In this document: positions 24,851 to 37,400 of the stretch, piece after piece
Layout of the letters: the number at the start of each line of letters is the position of its first letter
Numbering within the stretch: the stretch's first letter is position 1
Source of the DNA: Prorocentrum cordatum
Taxonomy: Eukaryota
Assembly (NCBI GenBank): GCA_963575745.1
Contig: CAUYUJ010000303.1
Location: 186,001-250,000 of the forward strand
DNA: 64,000 nt
Direction: 5' to 3'
Translations under genes and position numbers: made by a program
The notes under the pieces: generated by a model
Told to the model about the DNA's origin: nothing
The model's input: the letters and a program-made list of their open reading frames with translations, nothing else
The model's database searches: none

Positions 24851-25796
24851 GGCCCCACCTGCGGCCCCAGCGTGGGGGGTCCTTCGCACGCAATCGGCGC
24901 GCACATATCGGCACACGCAACCCCAACTGCGGCCACAGTGGATGTGGTCGCACGCGGACGCGTCGCTCATGACTGCACTGCCTTCACGCGGCTACGCCCT
25001 ACGCTGCATACATATCCAAAGGGGTGGGTCTCCCGCTGGGCTAAGTGTTGCCTTTAGGGATGGCCTCTAGGGGGTTCTAGGGGGAAGGCACCAGAACACG
25101 GGAACGTTCAGGTAATTACGCGCCCATTGTTTGGTGATTGTGCCCACCAACCAACCAAACAACCAAATAACACCCCTCAAACGTGTAAGGGCAGGGCGAT
25201 GCCTCCGCGGCAGTTTTATTGCGAGCAATCGCGGTGTCAGCATGCATGTCCTCATTAGTGTTGCTTGCTTATCCAGCTGCCTCCTGCTATCCCGCCACCG
25301 TGCCAGCGCAGCATTCTGCACGGGAGGCATTTGGGCCTCAGGAGCACAATTCAGTTGTATTCTGCGAGGCATTGTGGCCTCGGGAAGAGGGGCGATGCAC
25401 CCGAGTGGGCGCGGCGAGCGGGGGGGGGCTTGTCCATTTGAGGACTACACAAAGCCTGAGATACAGCACTTGGCATTCTTCCACGCCTCAAAGTGCCAGG
25501 AGGCACGGTGGCGTATAACATTGTGCCCACATATTGGCGCATTGCCTGTGTTCCTTTCATTCCGATCGATCCGATTCTATGGTAAGTCCGATCAGCTCGA
25601 TACAATTCGATTCCGATGTTCCGACGTGCCAATGCATCCCGATCCGACGCACATCCAATTTATCCCCGATTTCCCGATTCGATGCTGATTAATCCTGCGT
25701 GCATTCTGACCCGTCACCATCGGGGCCCGCACAGCTCGGCGTTTGGGACAAGGTGCGTTGTTTGTGACTCTTCAGTTCGCCAGCATCCGCCTGCAG

Positions 25797-25837
25797 GGAG
25801 CCAGCTCAAGCTGCACGTGTGGGACACTGGCGGGCAG
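25797..25837 (+). CDS. Isolated exon of a Rab/Ras-family small GTPase (G3 box)
   Basis: CTGCAG| acceptor, translation (G)SQLKLHVWDTGGQ, |GTGCGC donor. Resembles the KLQIWDTAGQ motif and has strong GC3 bias. Other exons were not found. Confidence 0.6.
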
Positions 25838-26287
25838 GTGCGCTTTCGTGTTTATTTGATTGCACGGAGGCGAATTCGCATACACATGCATTCTCCGAGG
25901 TCCGTACAGACATTTTGGATCGGCGTTTGGCCCCCCTGGTGGCGCCGTTGGCGCCGCCACTGGCGCGCTCCGCGCGCCAGGGAGGGGGAATCCAGCACCG
26001 TGCCAAGAAATCCGCGCAGACCTCAGAAGTTTGTATGTTTATGCAGTTGCTTGTTCCTCCTATCAATGGGGTCAAGCATGCCCCGCCCCGCGGCGCAGCT
26101 GTGACAGTGGCGCGCGCGACGCACAGCAGAGACGTGACTGTTGTAGGAGTTGTTGGACGTCGTTCTGCTGCCTCGCTATCACAACCACCACCACTGCGAC
26201 GGCGACCTGTGGCGCCGACGGCTACGACGACGACGGCGGCGCCGAGAACACGCCCACGACGGACACGGCGACGGCAGGGGCCACGAC

Positions 26288-26387
26288 NNNNNNNNNNNNN
26301 NNNNNNNNNNNNNNNNNNNNNNNNNNNNNNNNNNNNNNNNNNNNNNNNNNNNNNNNNNNNNNNNNNNNNNNNNNNNNNNNNNNNNNN
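26288..26387. other. Assembly gap (100 N)
   Basis: Run of N. Confidence 1.
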
Positions 26388-26677
26388 AACGCCACGTATG
26401 GTGTCAAAAACAAGTTTGAAGAAAGCAATTTTCAAAAACACATCGGCAAACATCATGAAACGAAGGGCTGTGGTGCTAAAGTCCGAAACGCATCTTCGGT
26501 TGCCAGTAGGCAGGCATGTGAGCGCGCGAGCAATCCGCATGTTTGGCACATCCATCTTGCGTTTCGTGTTCCCATTGGGAGTTCCACCGATCGCCTCATA
26601 ATGAAAAGCTGCTGTCGGGGATGGTGCGGCAAGTTCAATGAATCCTAAGTGCGTGCTCGACGTCTTGGCCACATTGT

Positions 26678-26698
26678 TCCGTAGCCATTTTGGCTCAG
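26678..26698 (+). other. DinoSL copy upstream of the transposase-like gene
   Basis: TCCGTAGCCATTTTGGCTCAG is DinoSL minus one A. ATG at 26706. Confidence 0.92.
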
Positions 26699-26705
26699 TT
26701 GTTCA

Positions 26706-29700
26706 ATGGAGCCCGCGATTGCAGATCAGTTGTGTCCCGAAGGCGGAACCTCAGAACATGATTCTTTTGTGGTGGCAGGGCACGTTGATGACTGCCAGCG
26801 GCCCTCGCGCATCTACGCTCGACGCAGGCGCCCAGTCATCCGCACGGGCGAGGTCGAGACTTTCTTTGTCGGGCACTGGCCTGGAGGGACAAAGGGCTAC
26901 GACGACGCCAGCAGCGGCAGCGAGGGCGAGGTGGAGTGCCAATCTTGGAAAGTGTTTGCGTTCGGGGTTGCCAAGTGGAGACTGGGTGCCCTTCAGCGAG
27001 GAGGCCGCAGCCGAGGCTCGGTCTCTGCAGTGCCCGCTGGACGGACTGAGCAGCAACAACCTACATGGGTTCATCACATGCGACATTGGTCGCGTGGAGC
27101 TCTTCGAGAGGGTGCGGGTAGAGAGAAAGTTGCCAGGCACGCCAGCAGAAATGCATCGGTTTTGTCATGAGACGATGGCGCAGGTCGAACTTCACCCATC
27201 TGGAAGGGTCTTTTCCGATGTCATCAGCGGCAGGGGTTCGCCTGCTTGGCTCATTGCGCCTGCGGCCATTGCTCGCAAGCGCCTGTTTGAGGGCGAGGTA
27301 AGCATCAAGATGGTGGCAGTGCCCAGAGATATGAGAGGAATGCGGTATGACGATGTATTGGAAGGTTCTCCTCCGCGCAGCGTCGCCAGGCGATGGGCCA
27401 AGACCTTGGCATCGAGTAGGGGTGGTCCTGCCGAGCAGCCTGACGGTCAGCCGATTGTGCCCGCCGCCGACGCCTTCGACGCCGCCTACGTGCCCGTGCG
27501 GCGCGGGCTGACAGAGAGGCCCCGCCTAGGCGGCGTCATGCTTCAGAAGCGTCGCAGGGTGGCCCCAGCGCTTTTGAAGATCAAAGCCATCGGTTTCTCC
27601 AGCAACCTCAGGTCCCAGCACGACTTCTTCCAGGCCTTGCAAGACGGCATCGAGTATTGCTTCATCTCTGTCGGCGCCGATGGCGACACGCCCGTGCTAG
27701 ATAAGGCCGACCACCCGTGTCGCGAAGTTCTTCGCGAGGGGTTCCTCCGTCTGAACGTCGTAGGCATGCTCATTCACAGGCGCCAGCTCCGTGAGAACTT
27801 CCATCGTGTCGACAGCATTCATATTTTTTCAGATGCCAGCGATGGTCTAGGTTCCGAGGTTCAGGGCACGGTCGCGGACTTCGCTCACGATGACGGGACG
27901 TTCGAGCGCCTCAGCCTTCCAGGGTGCTCGTTAGCCCATGGCTTCATGGGCAGGCTCGACAAGGTACTTGTTTTTTTGTGGGTTGTCTTCCTTGTTTGCG
28001 GGCCAGAGGAAACGCAGGTTCGGTCTTTCCTGAGCAAGGTTAGGTCAACGACGACTGACATGGGATCCGAGCTCCACTTGGTCGACTGCGTAGACTTGTT
28101 GCACGCCTGGTTCGAGCGACTGCGAGGGGTGCCGCTGGAGACAGCGGGCTTTCTCATTGACAGGACCGCCAGGTTGCTACCCCGCGCTGTTCGCGTATCA
28201 GGCTGGAACCACATCTGCAGCAACATGGTCAAGCGGGTTGTTTTTCTTGCCCCGAAATGGCCAGACTGGAACACCAAGCTGAGGGACTTGCGCAGATGCT
28301 TCAGGAACAAGTCCTACCGCCAGCACATCATCAGGACCCTGCATGCGTCACCAGGGTTTCGGGGGGGGGGCGGACTGGGGCAATTCAGGGTTGGCTTAGC
28401 AACAGGATCACCATCCGCTCCTCTCCATAGTCGTCTTCCCCCTTCCAGCTCAGGTCAGGCATCTCGCGGGGTGTCGGTCGAGAGGAGGGCATGAGAGTAG
28501 TGAGGGGGGGCGCACGCCAGGACAGACCTCCATAATGATCAGTCTGGTTGCCCCCATCCGCTCCCCCCCTAGCAGCGCCTCCCTTGCGAGTCCCCTAGCT
28601 CCTTGGCTGCAGCGAGTCTCCAGTTCCGTGGTCGTGTTGGGCGCCTCTGGGTGCTTCGCTTGCGTTTGCGGCCTGGGTTGACGGAGCGAAGCGGGTGTTC
28701 CAGGGGGGCCCGCGTGTGTTCGTTGTTGCGCGGGGGGTGGGAGGAGTGGTGGCGGGGGGAAGCGGGACATGGTTTTGTCTTGCCGGGGTGTGTCGCCCGT
28801 GCCAAGGAACTGGGGCCTTGCTTTGCCAGGGGGGATTGGGGCTTCTTCAGGGCAGAGTGTCTGGGCTTCGGAAGTTGCTAAAGAGCTTCAGCGCGTCGTT
28901 GGCAAAGTGGAGGTTCGAGACGTTGGATACAGTAGAAGGGCAGCTGCTACGGCTGAGGGACTTATGTGAGAACCATTTGACTCGTGATGTACTCCAGCAC
29001 TGTAGGGACACAGACTGGGTAACCTCTTTCATTGAAGCGTGTCGTGATAAGGAGTTGTGGTCATTCTTGAGTGTTTCATACGAGCTCGTCGTTCACCCGA
29101 TCGAGCGCATTCGCCGATGGGGCTTGGGATGCGCGTGCCACGATGCAGAAAGGAAGGCAGGCCATCGCCCGCAGCGCCCACTGAGTGGAAGGCGCTTGCA
29201 CGAGGCTGTCAGCTACATCACCGCTGTCCGTGCCGAGTTCCGCGATCGGTCTCGGCTCGTGGGGCCCGGCGACTGCGAGGGCAACAGCGACTTGGCGATG
29301 CTCATCGCCCTCATGATCCAGAACGCCATCGACGAGTTCCAGAAGTGGCGATACCTCGAGTTGGTCCCGTGGCGCTTCGCCACGGCCGATTCCGAGGATG
29401 GTGCGCGAGAGGTCAATTTTTAGATTGGCTTGCGACCGCTGGAACAACACGACCCCGTCACCGTTTCTATATATTCGAAGTTTGGCGCAGACATCGCCGC
29501 AGTTGCAGCTGGCGGAGCGTGCTCGGCCGCGTGGGCAGCGGAGGTGGCACGCTTTCGGAATATTCCGTTGGACGAGTCTGCTGGTGAGGGGTGGCATCGG
29601 CAGGCTACTTATTCGAAGAATCGCGCCTCGGCGGCTGGGCTCTCGCACATCAATCTTCAATTCGACGCAAGGAACCTTGCGAGAGTGAGGAAATTCGTCC

Positions 29701-31561
29701 TCAAGCACGGCCAGCAAGGCAAGTCCGCAGTCGAGTGCGAGTGGAAGAATTATAAGCGCATCTTGCAGGTTTCCTCTGCCCGAGGCAAGACAAAGAGAAA
29801 CGTCAGGATCAGCAGAGATGCCTTTTACAAGGAAATTATATAGGATGGACGAGTCGGTTACCGACGATGGGGCTAGTTATTGCCAGGTATCAGTGGTGCG
29901 CGTGGTTACCGCCTCATCCGACGACCCCCCCGCATAATGTTAGGTAGGGCTGCAGGGTGGTGCGTTCTTCTGCGTTGGTATCACGTATGCTCCTAGCGTC
30001 GCGTTAGGGCGCCCCCGTTAGATCTTCCCATGCGCTCGGGCCCGAGATAAACTCGGGCAGGCGGATGTCGCCAGCGAGGCCAGTCTCGGTTCAGGTCAGT
30101 GGCCTGCAGGCCTTGAGATTCGAATACGCCGTTGCTGTCTTCCGCCCAAGCTGCATCTACAGCGTTGTGACTGAGCAACACGGGATTGGGGAGGACGGAT
30201 CAGCGGTCGTTGTTCAAACAACAAGTTTTTTCAAAGTTATCAGGAAGATTACGTCGAATATTCGACCTCATTTAGTGCCGACCGTTGAGGATCAGGATGA
30301 TGTCAAATTCACGTCGCCCGTTTCGCTGCTGGTGCAGACTCTGGACATCTGGAGGGACGAGCGGGATGGTTGTGGAGGAGAAGTCGTACTCTTCGCCGAC
30401 TCCGATCCTGCTTGGGTGTTGCCCACAGACATTGCGCCAGGGAGTGCGTTGCATAAGTCCTTGTTGCGCTGGCAGACATCGACTGTCAATGATGATCGCC
30501 GCGTCGTGGTGTCAGATGCGGTTGACCCGAAGATTGCAATCCCACCCGACGAGAAGGCACCGGCGCTCCTTCTTTGCGAGGATTTGCGGCGACAGGGCTG
30601 GAGGCCCGTGTCTGAACTCGTCCGCCACAGAGCTGGCGACGAGCCCCGCGTGTACGACAGCAGGCGTCCTGTCAGCAGGAAGTCGCATCTTCAGTGCGTT
30701 CGCATTCTCGTGTCAAGGCTGGGTTTTTGCGACCCCATTCCTTCGGACCAGCCGCAGTCGTTTTATCAGCTGTTGTTGCGCGATCAGGTCGTAGAGCCTG
30801 GCCGCGGTCACAATCATTATCTTGCCCAGCTGAATGCTTTGGGCGGCGTCGCGCCCGCGTTGCCCTTGCCCGCCCCCCCAGCTGGAGTGGCAGGGGCCTT
30901 GGCCGTGCCAGACTTGGACATGGTCGTGGCTGGTGCCCCGCCTGTCGTTGCCGATAGGGCGAGCGGGGGGGGCGGCGGCGGGCGCGCGGACGCAGGCGGT
31001 GACGCTTTGCCTGCGCTCGGCGAGGGCCCTGTTCCAGCGGCGTTGCCGCCGACTGCTGCCGGCCTCGGCCCGCCAGCTGCCGACGGGGCACCAGGGCCCC
31101 CTTTGCCACCGCCCCCAGGCCCGCCGCCCCCAGGGGACGGCGATGGGGGCATTGTAGTTGCCGCTGGCGGAGGCGAAGAGGGCGGCCCAGCTCGCCCGCG
31201 CAGGGTGCCCCAGGCGAGGGCCTGGGAGGAGGCCGTTGGGGGCTCTGGCCGAATTTGCTTGCAGCATTACGAACCTCCTAATGGCAAGCCTTATTCTAAT
31301 TGGATGTTCACATGTCCGTGAGGTTGCGTGAAAAGGCGCAACGTAGGGCCGCGAAGGACTGCCACTTTCGGTGAAGTCGAGGCCCCTGCTTTCTTGCACT
31401 GTTGGGGGAGTTTGCCTTGCGGCCCAGGCGTTGATCATGTTCGCCTGGAGCCGTCTCCCGAGGATGTAGCTGCATGGGTAGTCGCGCACGGTGCCGCCTT
31501 CGCTCGGCGCCACGGGGATCTGTCAATCATTCTCCCACCAGCTGGCCATCCAGCGGCTTGA
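26706..31561 (+). pseudogene. Divergent DDE transposase, hAT-like motif order, intron-containing, frameshifted
   Basis: IFSDAS (D, 27832), STTTDMGSE (D, 28057), GWNHICSN (CxxH-like, 28201), AKWRFET (TRW-like, ~28905), NIPLDESAGEGWH (E, 29586). In-phase GC-AG intron 28345-28850 and a probable GT intron from 29887. C-terminal Pro/Gly linker and Cys/His motif. Confidence 0.6.
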
Positions 31562-31978
31562 GCTTGGAGCTGCCTGAGCGAGCGGTGGTGACGTCTCCTG
31601 ATGGCGACTCGGAGGAAGTGGGCATGGGAGAGGAGCTTAATAGGAAGAGGAGGAGGAGGCTGTCATTTTGAGTCAGGGGTGGGTCGGGGGGGGTGCAGCG
31701 ACCAACCTCTGTCGCATTCTTGTTGTTTGCTGCTGCTGCGCGCTGTTGTTCTGGACTGGATCAGCCTTCAGAATGTTACGCTCTGCGCGTGATCCATCGC
31801 ATCGTCATCATCGAACTGGCCGTTGACTCTTCGTGCCCCCCCGTTGCCGAGGCCGTGCATCTGTCCGTGCCAGTGTTCGTCGCCAGGGCCCCCAACCGTT
31901 GGCCGACGCATTGTTGGCTCTCGTGACTGGCACCCCTCGCATACTGGACTCGCCAACGCCCGAGCCGCTGCGCCATCC

Positions 31979-32698
31979 ATGTCTGCTGGGCTTTCCGCTG
32001 CGGATCAGGCAGCGCTCGAGGCTGGCCAGGAGGAGGAGATGGACCTCCGCGCCGCCAAGAGGCGCATTCGCGAGCTGAAGGCTGATCAGGTTGCCCCCAA
32101 CAAGGACTTCAACTGCTACAGGAACAAGTTCAAAAAGCTCAAGCCGCTGGTCGCGTGGCACTTGCGCATCGCCCAGAACCTGCGCTTCATGATGGACGTC
32201 CCCACGGAGGAGGTCAGGAGTCGCAGCCAGCCTCAGTCAGCCAACTTCCACCTGAAGTGCCACGCGATGTCGAGGCCGCTCGTCATTGACAGGGCGGGGG
32301 TGTGCCACGAGGCGACTGAGCCCCAGAGGGCCGCGAACAAGAGGCTTCGCACAGGGGCGTCGCCGACCCGCCCGACTGCTCGGACTACTGGAGAGCGGTC
32401 CCTCGCCGAGCAGCTTCAGAAGCCGCTCTCTGCGCAGGTGAAGGCGTCTTTGTCATCGCCTGCATCTTCATCGGCGTGTGCAGCTACCTCCTCCGCGGCT
32501 CCGAGTTCTCCGCTGCCGTCAACGGGGGCTGCCTCCTCGAGCGCTGCGGCATCCAGCGCGGGCGCGGGCACAGGCAGGGATGAGGGCAAGAGCGCCAAGC
32601 GGCCGAGGTGGGCTGCTGGCACCCTGAAGGCGATCCGTGACCAAGATGATTCGTTCCAGAGCGGTTCTTCGGGAGAGGGCGACGGGGGCTCCGAGTGA
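31979..32698 (+). CDS. Hypothetical ~239-aa protein (helical basic N-half, Ser/Ala-rich tail), second gene of the cassette
   Basis: Uninterrupted ORF with marked GC3 bias (EEEMDLRAAKRRIRELKADQVAPNKDFNCYRNKFKKLKP). Weak SL-like sequence at 31903-31920. Confidence 0.5.
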   Translation: MSAGLSAADQAALEAGQEEEMDLRAAKRRIRELKADQVAPNKDFNCYRNKFKKLKPLVAWHLRIAQNLRFMMDVPTEEVRSRSQPQSANFHLKCHAMSRPLVIDRAGVCHEATEPQRAANKRLRTGASPTRPTARTTGERSLAEQLQKPLSAQVKASLSSPASSSACAATSSAAPSSPLPSTGAASSSAAASSAGAGTGRDEGKSAKRPRWAAGTLKAIRDQDDSFQSGSSGEGDGGSE

Positions 32699-33310
32699 GC
32701 GAGGGGGCTCCGAGAGTCGCCAGAGAGTTGGTGTACGTCTGGCATGTGCGTGCATTTGTTCGCATCCTCAGTTGTGGCCCTTGCGCCTCTCTCAGACGTG
32801 CCTGTTTGAAAGTATGCGCTAGGTGTCTGCTTGCTTTTGGCATCCAAACGCCAGTCGCATGTTGAGCACTTGTTTGTAGCCCGGCCCTGCGCCTCCATGG
32901 GAAAGAGGGGCGTGCCATCTTTTGACCGAAGTTCACGTCGGATGTGGAGGTAGATGCTGAGAGTCTCGCCTTGGCGAAGGGCCCAGACCAGAGTGATGGA
33001 ACGCGAAGGGGTGCAAGAGTTCTTGTGTATGGCCGTCCTCGAAAGCATGCGCCGCGTAAGAGGTTAGACTCCTTCTCATGATAGCGTTCCTCGCGTTTGA
33101 TCCGCGCCCCTCACATTGGCGTCGTGTTCTGTCGCCTGGTAGTTCGAGCGATCGGTAGTAGGGCAGGGGCTCGGCTTGTCATGCGAAGGAGTCGGCTTCG
33201 GCGTTGGGCATGCGTGCAGGGTGTGGCATTCTATGCTTAGTGTGATGCTATCCAACGTGCAAAGTGAGCAAGAACGAATAATCAAGTAGCATTCGATGTC
33301 GTTGTGTTGG

Positions 33311-33522
33311 CGTCGTGGGGATGCGTGGGGATGTCGTGGGGACACGCGGGGATGTCGTGGGGACACGTGGGGGTGTCATGGGGATGACGTGGGGGATACG
33401 TGGGGATGTCGTGGGGACACGTGGGGATGTCGTGGGGGTGCGTGGGGATGCGCGGGGACGTCGTGGGGATGCGTGGGGATGTCGTGGGGATGTGTGGGGA
33501 TATCGTGGGGATGCGTGGGGAT
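33311..33522. repeat. G-rich minisatellite, ~21-bp unit GTCGTGGGGATGCGTGGGGAT, ~10 copies
   Basis: Direct reading. Confidence 0.9.
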
Positions 33523-34401
33523 GACGCTCTCGCGCTGAGGCGACATGACGCTCGCATGATTGAGGCGATGCGTGTGGTTAGCGCGACAAGAAGTAAATGT
33601 GAGTGAGCAAAAGTAGCGCGCAGGCGCCAGCGAGCGTTTCGCATGAGATATCACGTGGTCCCGTGACTGTGTTGTGATATAATATATGCGCATGCAATGG
33701 CGGGCCGCGCGTGTAATGATGTCAAGTGGTGTCGCTCTGATGTGGGGGTAGGGCATTGCACAACGCCGCTGGATGCATGACGTCCCCCGAGAGGGCCGTT
33801 AGACGATTCCGAAGAACCCCGCGAGTATTTTCAGAGAGCACATCGCAGCCTCGCGCGTTTGGTGCACTGGAGAGGGTGGCACAAGGGTGCACCCCCAGCG
33901 GGCCCCAAGGGGCCCCCCACGAGATTTCGCGAAAGCTTCCAGGCGGCCCCAGGAGGGTCGCGAAGAGCTCTCGACATAGAGCTTGTTTGTCTAGAGCTCC
34001 CTGTGTCTCCCCGAAAGTACCGACGCGGCTTCAGATTACCCCGAGAGGGCCCGAGAGCCTCTTGGAACTCCTTGGGAGGCCCCAGGAGGGCCCCAAGCTG
34101 CCCCCCAAGACGGCTCCAGGAGGGCAGCGGGGGCGAATATAAACCACATTCTTTTTATATTGAACTCTCGGGCCCCCCATGAGGCCCCCAAGAGGGCCCT
34201 AAGATGCCCTCTTGGGCCTCGTGGAAGTCCTTGGGAGCGTCCAAGGGGGCCCGAAGCAGACCCCAGGACGGCTCCAGGAGGGCTTCGGGGTCGAATATGC
34301 ACAGCACCTTTTTATATTCACATCTTGGTGCACCCTAAGGGGACCCCAAGAGGCCCTCTTGGGCCCTTCTGTGGGCTCCGAGTGTCCACTTCCTGTGCCT
34401 C

Positions 34402-34423
34402 TCCGTTGCCATCTGGGCTCAAA
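34402..34423 (+). other. Degenerate DinoSL copy upstream of the third cassette gene
   Basis: TCCGTTGCCATCTGGGCTCAAA, 18/22 to DinoSL. ATG at 34495. Confidence 0.75.
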
Positions 34424-34494
34424 CCAGCTGGTGAAGGGCCGCATCGCCTGCCGCGCCCTGGAGGGGGCTCTGAGAGAGCCGCGGGCGGGCGCAG

Positions 34495-37400
34495 ATGGGG
34501 GGCAGCCGCAGCCGCCCTCGCAGTCGTGCAGAGGGGGCCAAGGGCTCCAGATGCCACCGCCCTGCCTCGTCGAGAGCCTCAGGCAGCAATCGCCAGGAGG
34601 GTGGGCCTACGAGGTCCGAGAGAGAGCGGCATCGCCAGCGCGGCCGCCCCCGCGATGAGAGCAGCGCAGACGCGCGCCGCAAGGAGAGGGCTGACCGCGG
34701 GCGCCCGGGTCGTTCGCCAGTGGGCCTTGCCTCGGCGCGCGACGTCGGCCGCGGCCGTCGTCGCAGGCGCTTCACCAGTGATGACGGGGTTGACGAGAAG
34801 AGGGCGAAGCGCCACCCGTCCGATGAGCGAGCTCCACAGACTCCGCCACCAAGGTCGCTCTCGCAGAGCCTGCTTTCGTGCTCGCAGGTCGCCTCCTCCG
34901 ATGCTGGTGGCGGTCGTCGTGGTGCGGGCTCCGATGCTGGCGGCGCCGATGCTGACTCTCCTGCTGGCGAAGAGTCAATGTATCCCCTGTGCACGGAATG
35001 CCACGAGCCGCTGTTGCCGAACCAGAAGAGGTTTCGCGCCTGCCACTGCCACTACGACTGCGCGTTGGACAAGCGGGCCCTGGACAGACAGCTGAAGAAC
35101 ATTGGCCTCGCCCCCCAGGTGCAGGACATGAAGCACAAATCAGCGAGTCAGTGCAAAGGTCTCCTTAAGCTCCTCAGCAGCGGCAACCGCCGCACCACCT
35201 CGGGCAAGCGCATCAGGCCCCACCCCTCGGACGTGGTCGACTTCGTGCGCGAGTTCACCAAGGAAGTGGTCACCCGCACCAAGCGCGGCATGCTCCTCTT
35301 GAGGTCAGTACATAGCCTACCAGGCTCATGGCCATCACAACTCCCCCCTACCCTCAGGCCATGACACGAGAGGAGGAGGAGGAGGAGGAGGAGGAGGGAG
35401 ACGAGGAGGGTGGCGGCCCCATCACCCCCCCCCTGGCCGTCGCCGCGTTGCCTTGCCCCGACCCCAGTATTGTGATCCCCCCCATCGCCCCTTCGTCTTT
35501 CCGCGCGCGCCGAGAGGTTTACCAGAACGGCATCTTGCGCGACAGGGCGAAGCAGCAGTACAAGAGGGACTTGGAGGATCCCAAGGTCTACAAGACTAAG
35601 GACACCTTGGCAGCTGGGGCAGGGGGGCAGAAGAGGTGGGGCCCTCTTCTCCTTCTGGAACCTCTGGAATCCCAGGTGGGCCATGACCTTCGGATTTCTT
35701 TTTTCGTTTCCCCAGTCCTCCCCTGCCCACCAGTCTTCTCCCACGTGCATGCCCATCCTCCTCGACCTCGTCCAGGCCCTCATGTCTTCACATCCCCCGC
35801 CTCCTTATCCCGCCCGTCATGCTTCCTCCTTCTCCTCGTCAGTCCTCCGTCTCCTCCTCTTCCTGCGCATCGTGATCCTTTTTTTCTCTCTCATCCTTCT
35901 CCTCTTCCTCCTCCTTTTCGTCCTCTTCATCGTCCTCGCGCTCCCCTTCGCCATCCTCTTCGTTACTTATGTTGGGGCCTCTTGGGGCTCTATATGATGG
36001 CATCTCGGGTGCCCCTTCGGCTTTTCCGAGGGCCTCGCGACGCCCCTCAGAGGGCCCCTAGGCTGTTCCCAGGGAGAGCCTCGAAGGTGGCGCTACATGC
36101 ACGGTTGAGCGTGCGATGTTTCTTGTCTGTGTGCGTTCGTTTCTGTGGGCGGGGTGCTGGAGCTCGGGCTCTCCTGGGGCGTCCTTGGAACTACCCTGCG
36201 CTCTCTGGGTATCCCTGGCCCCCCCTGCTGCGCCCCCGCGCTCCGCCGTTGCCGCTCCAGGAGAACGGCGCGACGGTCGCGGCTGTCCGGAAGCCGACAG
36301 AGATCGACAGGGGGGACGTGCTGAAGGACACCCAGAGGTTCAAGTCGGGGGCGCGCGGCGCCCAGAAGAACATGGCGGAGTCCATGCTGCGGCGCCCCAT
36401 GGCCAAGTTGCTCCCGTCCAGCTCGGGCAAGAAGGGCGCCGCCAAGTTCATCGACTCTGGCGACGACGACGGTTCTGCGAGCGACGGCCTAAGCATCCAT
36501 TCGGGGACCGACGGCGAGGCGGAGTTGGTGGAGCCTGGTCGGTGCGATGGCGGGCGTGCAGCTGCCTCTCACAAGGGCTCCAAGGCACCGTTGTCGCCCC
36601 GAGCGCGTGCCAGCAGCCGCTCCAGCAAGCCGGCTAAGGACGACCAGGCAGCGCTGAAGCAGCAAGTGGAGAACGCCGACTCAGTAGAGGAAGCCCTGCC
36701 CTCGATCGATCCCGGCTCCGTCCCGCCCAGCATTTTCACTGTTGCGAAGCGGTCGGTCAAGCGAACCCTCGAGAGCTATTTGGATTCGTGCAAGGCTGCA
36801 GTTATTTCTCCTCCTCCTCCTCCTCCTCTTCTTTTCTCTGCATTGCCACCCGCCTCCTCCTTTACCTTGCCAACCATCCCAGCTGTCATCGGCTGCCCCG
36901 CTCGCCACGTCGAATGTCGACCGTCGATTGCCCGCCCGTTCGCCACGAGGCTGGCAAGGTCACGCACATCGCGGTCCTCCAGGAGCTCCTCGAGGAGGTC
37001 AGGGATCACACTGAAGTCAAGTGCCTCGGCGTGGACTCGGTGATCTCGTCGGCGAAGGTTGCCGAACACGACTTGCAGAAGATCTTGGACGATGTCTCGC
37101 ATTGGGCGCTGCCGCGTGACTTCTCCGCCAAGCGGGATTCCATCTCCTTGGCCATGGCCGCGCGCTCCAAGAAGATCAATCTCGTCGAGGACATCCAGAC
37201 ACTGCAGACCATTCGCGCGGGGGAGAGGAAGAAGAGCCACAAAGAGCGCCGTCAGATCCGAGGCGTAAAGGAGAAGGCGGCGAACAGGATGCACGAGAAG
37301 GGGATTCCCCAGTCCATCGCGAAGGTCATCCCCCCCGTGCTCGTGGAAAAGGAGGTCGGCGTGTCATACTCTTCGCTCGGCGACAACGGCGAGTGCGGGG

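Noticed and set aside
26420..26442. Inverted match to ~46659-46682 (ATGTGTTTTGAAA-TTGC-TTC) as termini of a 20-kb element
   Set aside because: Short and imperfect, next to an assembly gap, with no TSD. More likely a shared dispersed repeat.
26638..26705. ORF-track start of the 618-aa ORF
   Set aside because: It lies upstream of and across the SL copy. ATG 26706 is the more plausible start, and the ORF's 3' end reads into an intron.
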